The notes beneath the pieces were generated by a model that worked only from the letters and a program-made list of their open reading frames with translations, had not been told where the DNA came from and did no database searches. DNA of 64,000 nucleotides from Myxococcales bacterium (GTDB lineage Bacteria; Myxococcota_A; Polyangia; Polyangiales; DASUME01), in NCBI GenBank assembly GCA_047601445.1, contig JASGJH010000001.1, positions 8,640,001-8,704,000 of the forward strand, in the 5' to 3' direction. Within the stretch, counting starts at the first letter, position 1; every line of letters starts with the position of its first letter. Positions 22,241-31,958 of the stretch are shown here, one piece after another. The position numbers and the translations under genes are program-made.

Positions 22241-22723
22241 CTAGTTACAGACCCAGGTTGCGACGTAGCAGTTGCAGCGATAGCTCCCGTTGGTCCCGTA
22301 GAGGCAGGTCACCGCCTGATCCTTGATGCAGGGCGTGATCTCGATCTTGTTGGGCGCCACGGCGGGGCAGCCGGGTGCATTGCTCGGGGAAGGATCGCGG
22401 TTGTTGGGATCGACCGGATCGGTCGTGGTGCCGCCATCGTTGGTGGGCGTCGATACGTCACCGTCGCCGCCGGTTGGCGCATCGCCATCACCGACCGGGG
22501 CATCGCCGTCGCCATCGCCGTCGCCCGTGGGGTCAGGCGGATTCTTGTCCGGATCCTCCATGTCGGGATCGTCGTGCTTCGAGCCTGCGTCGTGGCCATG
22601 GCCGTGCAGGGCCGACCCCTTGTTGCCCTCACCGAGACCGATGTCGGGCAGCTCGTGCCGCGCACAGCTCGCGAGAGCTGCGAGCAAGGTCAGGAGGACA
22701 GGGCGTAGGTACGAAGAGCGCAC
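22241..22723 (-). CDS. Small lipoprotein with acidic GD linker and 6-Cys-poor/Cys-rich C-terminal module
   Basis: Lipobox LAS-C, GDGDGDGD, C-terminal CP..C..C.Y...CNC...WVC. Confidence 0.7.
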   Translation of the reverse strand: MRSSYLRPVLLTLLAALASCARHELPDIGLGEGNKGSALHGHGHDAGSKHDDPDMEDPDKNPPDPTGDGDGDGDAPVGDGDAPTGGDGDVSTPTNDGGTTTDPVDPNNRDPSPSNAPGCPAVAPNKIEITPCIKDQAVTCLYGTNGSYRCNCYVATWVCN

Positions 22724-23679
22724 CTGGTAAGGCTATCCGAGTTTTCGTCTCCGCGCATAGAGCGAGTTTGCTCACCAGTTGGGCGCGATATCGAAAGCCG
22801 GAGCTAGAAGGAGGGACCACACGGCGCAGCTCACACACACACAGGGTGCTCACTTGCTTGGTTGCTTGCTTGGCTGCTTGGTTGGCGGGCATGCGGGCCG
22901 CGCCGTGCAGGTCACCTGGTATGCAAGGTAGGTCGGCGCAAGGCTCTTCAACAATGACCTGCTGTTCAGAAACCGTGACCGTTTCGACACCGGTCACCCG
23001 AAACGGTGTGGCCAGAGGGTGAAGCAGATGCGTGAGCTCGAGGTGGAGATCCGTGCGGGAAAGCGTGAGGTTTCGCGCTCGAACAATCGGGGTGAATTTG
23101 TACGGCTTCCTACGACTGATGCGCGGGCGTGTCTTATGGCGTCAACAGAGGAGCCGTTCTGTTGGTCTGATCGTCGCAGGCTCGATCGGACATCAATCGC
23201 GGGCGTGGCAGCACGCGTAGTTCTCACCTGACGGTCTGTTCGGCGCGCGTCGCGTCGCTGCTGCGCAGCAGACCCGCGAGAGCCCGGCACCCGCGTAGAC
23301 GTTGGACGCTTTGAATCGTGCGGCGGCGGGCCTCGAGGCCAGCTGCGCTTGAGCGTGCCGAGCGAGCCGATGACGCGTACGGCACCCGCCGCCGCTGCCG
23401 AGGACGCACGAGCTCCCCGGCGACCGATCCCACGAAAAAGTTCAGGCTCCGAAAGCCGGCGATCGCGTGGATGAGCACGGGCGAATGGGGGGCTGCGAAT
23501 CAACGTCCCGGGAGGTTCCTCCAGGCCGCTCGATTGGCCGTTCTCGCCACCAAAATGCGCTGCGTCGCTTACAGCCTGAGCTGCAGGTTTGCAGTGCTGC
23601 AACAAAGGCACAATCTTGGCTTCTCGAGTCAAAAGCTTTCGCGTTCCGGTCACTCCTTACAAGAGGGGAAACCAGCAGC

Positions 23680-25797
23680 ATGCACCCCATGCGTCTTTAC
23701 CTTGTTCAAGCTTGTATGTTGGCCGCCGCACTGAGTGTCAGCGCGTGTGGCAAGGACCCCGCTCCCACCCCTGGGGTCGGGGACGGCGACACCGGGGACG
23801 GTGACGGCGATGGGGACGGCGACGGTGATGGGGATGGCGACACAGGCGACGGCGACGGAGATGGCGATGCGCCCCCGATCCTTCCGCCCACCTCGACCCC
23901 GTTCGAGGCCGACCGCACCGGCGAGTCCGGGCTAGACAAGGCGACGATCGATGCCCTGAAGGCGGGCGGCAAGTCCTGTACGTCCGGGGTCGTCTACCCC
24001 TACGAGAACACGGTGTTCCCCGGCGGCCTGCTGGCTCCCCCGATCATGTGGACGGGCGGCGCGGACGCGGCCTACGTGAAGGTGGCCTACAACGGCGTCG
24101 ACACGGTGAAGTATGAGTACGCCGCCAAGTCGACGGGCGAACTCACGATCCCGGTCGCCGACTGGTACGAGATCACGCGCCGCAGCCAGAACACGGTGCT
24201 CGGTGTGACCCTGAACGTGAAGAAGGGCTCCGCAGTGAGCACCTGCCAGCTCACCTGGCGCGTCGCCCCCGGCAACATGGTGGGCTCGATTTACTACAAC
24301 ACGTACAACGCCAAGGAGACGGCTGGCATCGGCGCCATCATGCGCCTCACGATGGGCAAGGCGAAGGCTGATGTGTATTCGACCATCGCTGGCGCAGCCC
24401 CCATCGGCCCGTGTCGCTCGTGTCACTCCGTGTCGGTCGACGGCTCTACGATGGTCGCCTCCGACCACGCCTATTCTCCCGGAGGCGGAAGCTTCGCGGT
24501 CAACAGCTTCAAGATCACCCAGGCCTTGCAGCCCGCGAATCCGGTCGCGTTGAAGGACGCCACCTTCGCGGCCTTGACCCCCAATGGCAAGAAGCTGTTG
24601 CAGATGGGTAATCCCCAGTGCACGTCGGGCGCCAACACCTTTCCGCGCGCCCCGAACAACTTCATGCTCAACATCGGCCCGTCCGTTGCGTCCCTCATCG
24701 ATACGGCGACGGGGAAGGCCATCACGGCCCAGGGCCTCGACAAGAACAACTATATGTGGATGCCGCAGTTCTCCCCGGACGGGAAGAAGGTGGTCTTCAA
24801 TTACGCCAAGCCGGGCACCGACGGAAAGACCGACCGCTTCGAGCTTGCAACCATGACGTTCGACGACAAGACGAACACCTTTGGCAACCTCAAGGTGATC
24901 GTGAAGAAGGACGTCGCGGGCATCACGTTCCACGATTATGTGCCGGCCGCTCCCGTGGGTGGCATCGCCGGTCCCATCGATCCGCTCGGTGTTGGTTGCT
25001 CGCCCGGCCTCAGCGGCGACGACGCCCTTGCTCACATCCCCGGCGGTTCCTGCAGCGGTCCTTGCTACCCGGCATGGCCCTTCTTCACGCCTGACGGCAA
25101 CGGCGTCATCTACTCGAAGATCAGCGAGCCCGACTTCGCCGTGGCCTTCCCGGGTCGCGACACGGCCTCCAAGAGCGAGCTCTGGTACGTCGACCTGAAC
25201 ACGGGCGAACAGGTCAAGCTGGCCAACGCCAACAAGGGCGGCGCCGGCGACGCCACCGACATCAACTACTACCCGACCGTGCTCCCCATCCAGGTGGGCG
25301 GTTACTACTGGCTCGTGTGGACCTCGACCCGCAAGTGGGGTACCCGCACGACGGAGGCCAAGCCCGAGGACACGGCGGCTTACGAGCTCTTCTTCGGTCC
25401 GACGGCCCGCGAAGCCTTCAAGAAGCGCCTCTGGGTCGCGGCCATCAAGCCCCGCATCAACGAGGGTGGCGAGTTCAACACGGACAAGCTCGAGGACCCG
25501 AGCTACCCGCCCTTCTACCTCGACGGTCAGAGCGCCACCGGCAACGTGCGTGCGTTCGCGGCCCTCAATCCCTGCAAGAAGACCGGCACGGGCGACGACA
25601 GCAAGTGCACCAGCGGTATCGATTGCTGCTCCGGCTACTGCAACGTGAAGGACGGCGAGACCGAGGGCCTTTGCGTGGATGAGGTCATGTGCGCAGACCT
25701 CAATGGCAAGTGCACGAAGGACGACGACTGCTGCGCGGACGACAAGGGCGACCCCTACATCTGCGTCGGTGGTTACTGCGGCTTCATCGTGCAGTGA
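23680..25797 (+). CDS. Secreted lipoprotein: GD stalk, TolB/PD40-like beta-propeller, Cys-rich C-terminus
   Basis: Lipobox VSA-C; propeller motifs LTPNGKKL, PQFSPDGKKVVF, PFFTPDG; RBS AGAGGGG. Confidence 0.8.
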   Translation: MHPMRLYLVQACMLAAALSVSACGKDPAPTPGVGDGDTGDGDGDGDGDGDGDGDTGDGDGDGDAPPILPPTSTPFEADRTGESGLDKATIDALKAGGKSCTSGVVYPYENTVFPGGLLAPPIMWTGGADAAYVKVAYNGVDTVKYEYAAKSTGELTIPVADWYEITRRSQNTVLGVTLNVKKGSAVSTCQLTWRVAPGNMVGSIYYNTYNAKETAGIGAIMRLTMGKAKADVYSTIAGAAPIGPCRSCHSVSVDGSTMVASDHAYSPGGGSFAVNSFKITQALQPANPVALKDATFAALTPNGKKLLQMGNPQCTSGANTFPRAPNNFMLNIGPSVASLIDTATGKAITAQGLDKNNYMWMPQFSPDGKKVVFNYAKPGTDGKTDRFELATMTFDDKTNTFGNLKVIVKKDVAGITFHDYVPAAPVGGIAGPIDPLGVGCSPGLSGDDALAHIPGGSCSGPCYPAWPFFTPDGNGVIYSKISEPDFAVAFPGRDTASKSELWYVDLNTGEQVKLANANKGGAGDATDINYYPTVLPIQVGGYYWLVWTSTRKWGTRTTEAKPEDTAAYELFFGPTAREAFKKRLWVAAIKPRINEGGEFNTDKLEDPSYPPFYLDGQSATGNVRAFAALNPCKKTGTGDDSKCTSGIDCCSGYCNVKDGETEGLCVDEVMCADLNGKCTKDDDCCADDKGDPYICVGGYCGFIVQ

Positions 25798-25808
25798 GTC
25801 GTTTCCTA

Positions 25809-25900
25809 CGGGGAGGTCACGCGACCTCCCCGCCCATCGCGGCAAAGCCGCGATGGGACCCACCCCTCCGCGAGGTTCGCTTCGCTCACGATGCTCCCTA
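25809..25900. repeat. REP/MITE-like multi-hairpin intergenic element
   Basis: Hairpins CGGGGAGGTC..GACCTCCCCG and CCCATCGCGGC-AAA-GCCGCGATGGG; the first 18 nt recur at 55797-55814. Confidence 0.6.
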
Positions 25901-26013
25901 GCGTCCTAGCGGCCCCTCCCCGGGCCCCTGGACTCGGACTCCGACTGCGATGCGTGCGTCCCGGCGCGAGCTGAGCCAAGATGGCTCCCGCAGCTCGCAA
26001 GGCCAACGGGGAC

Positions 26014-26379
26014 ATGGTGTCGACGCAGCAGTTGGTAAAGCGGATCCTGGTGGTGGAAGACGACGAGGACTCGGCCGAGCTGTTGGCCGAGACGCTCCAA
26101 GTCCGAGGCCATCGTGTAGCCGTCGCCCATAGCGGCGCCGACGGGCTCGAGCTGGCGAGCCGCTTCGAGCCCGAGGTGGTGTTCCTCGATCTCGGCCTGC
26201 CCGACATGGACGGGGTGGACCTCTGCCCACGCCTACGGGCCCTGCCCACCCCGCCGGGGCGCCTGGTGGCGCTCACGGGTTACGGGGGTGACCAGGCTCA
26301 GCTCTTGGCGGCGGGCTTCGATCGGTGTTTGCTCAAGCCTGCCGCGGCCGAGGCCCTGCTGGCGGCGTTGGAGGACTAG
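26014..26379 (+). CDS. Single-domain response regulator (REC)
   Basis: ILVVEDD, FLDLGLPDMDG, ALTGYG, LLKP. Confidence 0.88.
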   Translation: MVSTQQLVKRILVVEDDEDSAELLAETLQVRGHRVAVAHSGADGLELASRFEPEVVFLDLGLPDMDGVDLCPRLRALPTPPGRLVALTGYGGDQAQLLAAGFDRCLLKPAAAEALLAALED

Positions 26380-26381
26380 GC

Positions 26382-27260
26382 ATGGCGATCCTGAGCGAGC
26401 TGTTGTCCAACATCCCGCTCTTCTCGTTGCTCGACGACGCGGAGCGCGGCGCCCTCGCGGCGCGCATCGACGAGGTCACGGCCGAGGCGGGCACCACCCT
26501 GTTTCACGCGGGCGACCCCGGGGACGCCATGTACGTGGTGCTCGATGGCGAAGTCGAGATCTACTTCAAGAACACCACGGGTGAGCGCATTTTGCTGGAA
26601 CGAGCCAAGTGCGGTGACTTCTTCGGCGAGCTTTCGTTGCTCGACGAGGGGCCCCGCACGGCCTCGGCTCTAGTCAAAGAGCGCATGCGCGCGTTGTTGA
26701 TCGATCGCGAGGACCTCGAGAGCTTCCTCGCCAGTTGTCCGCGCGCCACCATGAGTCTGATGACCGCCATGGGCCGCCGCCTGCGGGAGAGCACCGGCCT
26801 CCTGCGCGGCTCGGCCTCGCGCAACGTCAACGTGGAGACCGAGGACAAGCGCACGCGGGTGCAGCGAGCCGCCGATTGGATCAGCGACTTCAGTGGCAGT
26901 CTCGAGTTCCTGTTCCTGCACATCGCCCTATTCGCGGTCTGGATCGTGCTCAACGTGGCGCCGCTCGATCACTCTCTCGCGGGTGGTTTCGATCCGTTCC
27001 CATTCGGCCTGCTCACGATGTGCGTGTCCCTGGAGGCGATCATCCTCTCGGTGTTCGTACTCTTGAGTCAGAACCGCCAGGTGGCGCGCGATCGCGTGCG
27101 CAACGACATCGAGTACGAGGTTAACCTCAAGGCCGAGCTCGAGGTGGCCCAGCTCCACGAGAAGGTCGACCGCTTCTACGAAGAGGTGGCGCGCCGGCTG
27201 GATCGCATGGAGCGTGGCGGGCGCCACTCCATCACCAACACGCCCCGCTCCGCCGAGTAG
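26382..27260 (+). CDS. Cyclic-nucleotide-binding plus DUF1003 membrane protein
   Basis: FFGELSLLDEGPRTASA phosphate-binding cassette; FDPFPFGLL..SLEAIILS..LLSQNRQ DUF1003 motif. Confidence 0.85.
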   Translation: MAILSELLSNIPLFSLLDDAERGALAARIDEVTAEAGTTLFHAGDPGDAMYVVLDGEVEIYFKNTTGERILLERAKCGDFFGELSLLDEGPRTASALVKERMRALLIDREDLESFLASCPRATMSLMTAMGRRLRESTGLLRGSASRNVNVETEDKRTRVQRAADWISDFSGSLEFLFLHIALFAVWIVLNVAPLDHSLAGGFDPFPFGLLTMCVSLEAIILSVFVLLSQNRQVARDRVRNDIEYEVNLKAELEVAQLHEKVDRFYEEVARRLDRMERGGRHSITNTPRSAE

Positions 27261-27549
27261 GCGGCCCAGCCGAGGGATCGATGTTGACGCGGCTGACCAC
27301 GGGCCACGGGCTGGTGGCCCATGTTGGCCCGTACCCCGGAGCCGTCGTGGGCGACCCAGGACCGGGCACGGTGGCGCAATCGCCGCTCTCGCGCTGCCAT
27401 CTTGTCCCCAAGCGAGCGTGCCATTCCGGGCCCCCTGAGGCGTTCTGCCCAGGATGTTTACTCAAACGGGTGCCTAACAAAGCGCGATCGAGGGCCAAAG
27501 TTGACCAAATTGTCCGCTATTTGGGGCGCCAGGGGAGGCTAGAAGCTTT

Positions 27550-27565
27550 CGGCACGTAGCTTGCT
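27550..27565 (+). promoter_or_regulatory. sigma54 (-24/-12) promoter
   Basis: CGGCACGTAGCTTGCT, near-perfect consensus. Confidence 0.78.
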
Positions 27566-27637
27566 TTGACTCGGCAGCGACCGGACGTCCGGACTCTCCA
27601 AGTTCGCGTCCCCAAGACTCTGCCGACGAGGTGCTGC

Positions 27638-27931
27638 ATGTCCGATGGGTTCTTCATCCGCTTTCGCGAAATGGTGCCGGAAGAGGGCTTGCTCAATTTG
27701 GCGCTCGCCGAGATCTCTTCGTTGCACGACACATGGCCCGACCGGCTTCAGTGCAACATCGTGATCGCGCAGGGCGCCCATGAGCCCCAGGGCGGTCGCT
27801 TCAATGCCGAGGTCGAAGTCGAGCTCGGACGCGGTGCGCCGATCGCCAGCCGCGCCGATTGCGAAGACCCCTACGCCGCACTGCGCAGTGCCTTTCGCTC
27901 CCTGCGTCAACGCATCCCGATGGTCGCTTGA
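27638..27931 (+). CDS. HPF/RaiA (S30AE)-like ribosome-associated protein
   Basis: IRFREM start, CNIVI, EVEVEL, EDPYAALRSAF..LRQ; GAGGTG RBS. Confidence 0.65.
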   Translation: MSDGFFIRFREMVPEEGLLNLALAEISSLHDTWPDRLQCNIVIAQGAHEPQGGRFNAEVEVELGRGAPIASRADCEDPYAALRSAFRSLRQRIPMVA

Positions 27932-28257
27932 GCGATGCCTGAGGGCCGCGCCAACGCGGCTCTCATCCGCGATTTTCGTTCGCGCGCGCGCGGCGCGCCC
28001 TGTCGAACGAAGCGTCGCGGCGAGGTGCGAGAAGGTGGGCGCGAAGACGTCAACGTGCCCGTAACCGTTGCACTACCTGCCCATTTTTGAGCGGCAACTC
28101 TTGCTTCCGCGTGCGACTACTGCGAGCGTAGGAACATCTTTGATGACCCGCATCACAAACGGGCCATGAGAGCTGTTCCGCGCGGCAACCCACCGTGCGT
28201 TCTTAGGGCTGGCGCGCGCGTGGGAATCGCGCGGCGTGCATCGACAGGTGGCCTCTC

Positions 28258-28890
28258 ATGCGTCGAATCTCGTTCGCACTTGCTTGTTTGATCAGTTTCT
28301 TCACGGTCGCGGTGGCGGCGGCCAACACCCAGCACTGGGAGCTGGTCGACGATGACGACGGCATCCGGGTCTGGACCCTGCAGATCCCCGGGCAAGATCT
28401 GCCTGGTTTCCGCGGCATCACGACCATCAACGCGGGCATCGAGGACATCGTCAAGGTGATGCTCGATGTGGAGCATCACGTGGACTGGATGTGGCAGTGC
28501 GACGAGTCGCGCCCCATCCGCTACACGGCGGACAACCGCGGCCTGCTCTACAACCGCATCAACGCCCCCTGGCCGGTCTGGGATCGCGACGTGGTCGTGG
28601 ACGTGGCCTGGCGCTACACGCCCAACAAGGAAGCCTTGACCTTCCGCTTCCGCAACGTGGAAGAGCAGGGGGAGCCGCCGCAGGACGGCATCGTGCGCTT
28701 GCCTCGCCTCGAAGGTTTTTATCGCTTGTGGACGGACAAGCCCGGCGTCACGAACGTGCTCTACCAAGTTGAGGTGGACATCGCGGGGAACGTCCCCGAC
28801 TTCATGGCCCGCCGCTACGCAAAGAAGCTTCCCTACAAGACGCTCGAGGCCTTGCGCGAGCGTGTGGAGAAGCAAGTCGGCAAGCGCTGA
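28258..28890 (+). CDS. Secreted START-domain lipid-binding protein
   Basis: Signal peptide; WEL..DDDGIRVW, APWPVWDRDVV, DIAGNVP. Confidence 0.82.
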   Translation: MRRISFALACLISFFTVAVAAANTQHWELVDDDDGIRVWTLQIPGQDLPGFRGITTINAGIEDIVKVMLDVEHHVDWMWQCDESRPIRYTADNRGLLYNRINAPWPVWDRDVVVDVAWRYTPNKEALTFRFRNVEEQGEPPQDGIVRLPRLEGFYRLWTDKPGVTNVLYQVEVDIAGNVPDFMARRYAKKLPYKTLEALRERVEKQVGKR

Positions 28891-29013
28891 AGGGCGCCTG
28901 CCGATCGCGAAAGCTTGAGCTCCCGCTTGGGAGCATGGCGGCCAAGCTGCACGGAGCGCGCGGTTTCGCGCCCTTGGCGCAGCGGGAAGCGCTGTGTACG
29001 CTGATCTCGCGTC

Positions 29014-30030
29014 ATGGAAAACCGTGCGCCGATTTCAGTGGTCGTGGCGATCGTGAACTATCGGAGCGCGCAGCTGACGCTGCGTGCCCTCGAGTCCCTG
29101 CGCGGAGAGTTGGCGCAGCCTGCGCTGGCCCTGCGGGCCGTGGTGGTCGAGAACGCCTCGGGTGACGAGGAGGTGCTCGCTCGGGAGGTCCCGCGCCGCT
29201 TCGGGGCCTTCGCGAGCCTCGTGCTCTCGCCCGAGAACGGCGGCTTCGGCGCCGGCAACAACCTGGCGATCCGCCATGCCTTCGAGCAAGGCCGGCCGCC
29301 GGACTACGTGCTGTGCCTGAACCCGGACACCGAGGTGCGTCCCAACGGGGTGCTCGAGCTGGTGCGCTTCATGGAGCAGCACCCACGGGCCGGGGTGGCG
29401 GGCAGTCGCTTCGAGCACGCGGACGGTTCGGAGTGGCCCATCGCGTTTCGTTTCCCCGGGGTGCTTTCGGAGATCGAGGGCGGCTGCGTGCTGGGGCTGG
29501 TGTCGCGCCTGCTTTCGGGCCACGCGGTGGCGCGCGAGATGGGCCCCGAACCCGAGCAGGTGGACTGGCTGCCCGGTGCCGCCATGTTGCTCCGGCGCAG
29601 CTTGCTCGAGCGCATCGGCGGCTTCGACGAGTCGTACTTCCTGTATTTCGAGGAGACCGACCTGTGCCGGCGGGCGCGCGCAGCAGGCTTCGAGACGTGG
29701 CACGTGCCGCAGAGCCGCGTGATGCACATCCGCGGGCAGAGCACGGGCGTGACGGTGCTCAACGAGAAACCCAAGCGCCTGCCGAGCTACTGGTTCGAGT
29801 CGCGTCGGCGCTACTACCGCAAGAATCACGGGCTGCGCTACGCCGCCCTGGCGGATCTCGTGGCGTTGGGTGCGGGTTGCGTCGGACACGCCAAGCGTAT
29901 GCTCAAGCGGCAGCCGCACACGCCCTATTGGCTCAGGGACTTGGTGGCTCAGAGCGTGGTGTGGCCGAAGAACCGCGCCGAGTTCGCGCCGGAGCGCTGC
30001 TATGCGCCGAGCGCGGGGGTGCGGGTATGA
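29014..30030 (+). CDS. Glycosyltransferase family 2
   Basis: IVNY, NGGFGAGNN, LNPDT, GFDESYFLYFEETD. Confidence 0.9.
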   Translation: MENRAPISVVVAIVNYRSAQLTLRALESLRGELAQPALALRAVVVENASGDEEVLAREVPRRFGAFASLVLSPENGGFGAGNNLAIRHAFEQGRPPDYVLCLNPDTEVRPNGVLELVRFMEQHPRAGVAGSRFEHADGSEWPIAFRFPGVLSEIEGGCVLGLVSRLLSGHAVAREMGPEPEQVDWLPGAAMLLRRSLLERIGGFDESYFLYFEETDLCRRARAAGFETWHVPQSRVMHIRGQSTGVTVLNEKPKRLPSYWFESRRRYYRKNHGLRYAALADLVALGAGCVGHAKRMLKRQPHTPYWLRDLVAQSVVWPKNRAEFAPERCYAPSAGVRV

Positions 30031-30932
30031 ACGTCGGCTTGGTGGCCATCGGGCGCAACGAGGGGGAGCGGCTGAAGCGCTGTCTCCTGTCGGCGCGCGC
30101 GCAAGTGAAGACCTTGGTCTACGTGGATTCGGGCTCCAGCGACGGCAGCGTGGACTTTGCGCGTAGCCTCGGGGTGCACGTGGTGGAGCTCGACACGAGG
30201 CGCCCGTTCACGGCGGGGCGAGCCCGCAACGAGGGAGCGCGAAAGCTGCGCGAGGTGATGCGCGAGGCCGAGTTCGTGCAATTCGTGGACGGCGACTGCG
30301 AGCTGGATTCGAGCTGGATCGCCCGGGGGCTCGCGGAGTTCGCGGCGCGGCCGGGTGCCGCAGTGATCTGCGGGCGAAGGCGCGAGCGCTTTCCCGAGGC
30401 CAGCGTGTACAACCGTCTATGTGACAACGAGTGGAACACGCCGGTCGGTCTGGCAGCTGCCTGTGGGGGCGACTTCATGGTGCGGCTTGGCGCCTTCGAG
30501 CAGGTGCAGGGGTTCGCGTCCGACTTGATCGCGGGGGAGGAGCCCGACCTGTGCTTTCGTATGCGCCAGGCCGGTCACGAGATCTGGCGCGTGGACGCGG
30601 AGATGACCCTGCACGACGCGGCGATGACCGAGTTCGCGCAGTGGTGGTTGCGCAATCTGCGTAGCGGGCACGCTTCGGCCGAGGCCTGGGCCCGGCGCGG
30701 CAGCTGGGCGGAGCGCCAGCTCTTGAAGGACCTCGTGAGCAACGTGATGTGGTCGTTGCCCGTGGCGTGGCCGGCCTGGCCCGTGCTCTTCATGCGCGTG
30801 TATCAGCGCAGCAAGGACCCCACGCACGCGGCCTTCATCGTGCTCGGCAAGTTGCCTCACTCGCAGGGGCAGCTGAAGTACTGGTTCGATCGCGTGCGTG
30901 GCGGCGGCGGAACGCTTATCGAATACAAGTAA
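30027..30932 (+). CDS. Glycosyltransferase family 2
   Basis: IGRNEGERL, VDSGSSDGS, ARNEG, FVDGDC, AGEEPDL; ATGA overlap with the upstream gene. Confidence 0.88.
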   Translation: MNVGLVAIGRNEGERLKRCLLSARAQVKTLVYVDSGSSDGSVDFARSLGVHVVELDTRRPFTAGRARNEGARKLREVMREAEFVQFVDGDCELDSSWIARGLAEFAARPGAAVICGRRRERFPEASVYNRLCDNEWNTPVGLAAACGGDFMVRLGAFEQVQGFASDLIAGEEPDLCFRMRQAGHEIWRVDAEMTLHDAAMTEFAQWWLRNLRSGHASAEAWARRGSWAERQLLKDLVSNVMWSLPVAWPAWPVLFMRVYQRSKDPTHAAFIVLGKLPHSQGQLKYWFDRVRGGGGTLIEYK

Positions 30933-31040
30933 AGCCGTTCGCTTAGGCGCGCCTAGGCACGAACGCGCAGGCCGCTAGTGGCAGCCGAGACGGCCCTCTT
31001 TGGGGGGCGGAGTCACGGCTCCGCGTGCTATGTCGAAGTG

Positions 31041-31919
31041 ATGCGCTGGACACGCGGTCATTCCAGTTCGTATGTCGACGACAGGCGCGCGGAGGGCCCC
31101 GCTCGCGCCGGGCTCGGAGGCGGCGGCATCGGCCTCCTGATGTGGCTGTTTTCACGCTTCGGGCTGGCCGGTCTGTTGATCGGCGGCGCGTTGCTCTACT
31201 TCGGCGGTGGCCTGTTCAGCGGCGACTCCTCGTCGCTCGCCGGCAGCGATAGCAATGTGCCCATGCAGACGGCGGACGGACGCGATCCGGAGGCCGAGAT
31301 GGTGCAGTTCGTCTCGTTCGTGCTGGACGACAACCAGGAGACCTGGGCGCAAACCTTTGCGCGCGCCGGCAAGCGCTACGAGCCGGCGCGGATGGTGCTT
31401 TTTCGCGGCAGCACGCCTTCGGGTTGCGGCCTGGGGCAGGCGGCCATGGGGCCCTTCTACTGTCCGCGCGATCAAAAGGTGTACATCGACTTGAGTTTCT
31501 ATCGCGAGCTCAAGCAGCGCTTCGGTGCTCCCGGTGACTTCGCGCAGGCCTACGTGATCGCGCACGAGATTGGCCACCACGTCCAGCACCAGCTCGGCCT
31601 CGACCGCAACGTGTCGGGAGCCCAGCGCGTGGGCGCGGGCAGTGGCGCGGTGCGCCTCGAGCTGCAGGCAGATTGCCTCGCGGGCGTGTGGAGCAACGCC
31701 ACCAAGCAGCGCTCGCTGCTGGAGCCTGGCGACATCGACGAAGCCATGGGCGCAGCCGCGGCCATCGGCGACGACCGACTGCAGCGGGAATCCACGGGCA
31801 CGGTGTCTCCGGAGAGTTGGACCCACGGGTCCTCCGAGGAGCGCCAGCGCTGGTTTCGCCGTGGCTATGAATCTGGCAGCCTGGAAGCCTGTGACACCTT
31901 TGGGGCCTCGAGCCTGTAG
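31041..31919 (+). CDS. Neutral zinc metallopeptidase, YpfJ family
   Basis: GPFYCPRD, AHEIGHHVQ, ELQADC, THGSSEER. Confidence 0.9.
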   Translation: MRWTRGHSSSYVDDRRAEGPARAGLGGGGIGLLMWLFSRFGLAGLLIGGALLYFGGGLFSGDSSSLAGSDSNVPMQTADGRDPEAEMVQFVSFVLDDNQETWAQTFARAGKRYEPARMVLFRGSTPSGCGLGQAAMGPFYCPRDQKVYIDLSFYRELKQRFGAPGDFAQAYVIAHEIGHHVQHQLGLDRNVSGAQRVGAGSGAVRLELQADCLAGVWSNATKQRSLLEPGDIDEAMGAAAAIGDDRLQRESTGTVSPESWTHGSSEERQRWFRRGYESGSLEACDTFGASSL

Positions 31920-31958
31920 CTGGAGCACCGAGGTGCTCTAGCGCCCGGAGGCAGCGAC

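Noticed and set aside
23606..23620. AGGCACAATCTTGGC as a sigma54 box for the propeller lipoprotein
   Set aside because: GG-N10-GC is met but TTGC is absent; too weak to list
23932..25863. 643-aa antisense ORF and many similar long shadow ORFs (e.g. 1422..2816, 33741..35363, 49540..50595)
   Set aside because: They mirror well-supported genes on the opposite strand; expected in high-GC DNA and without motifs
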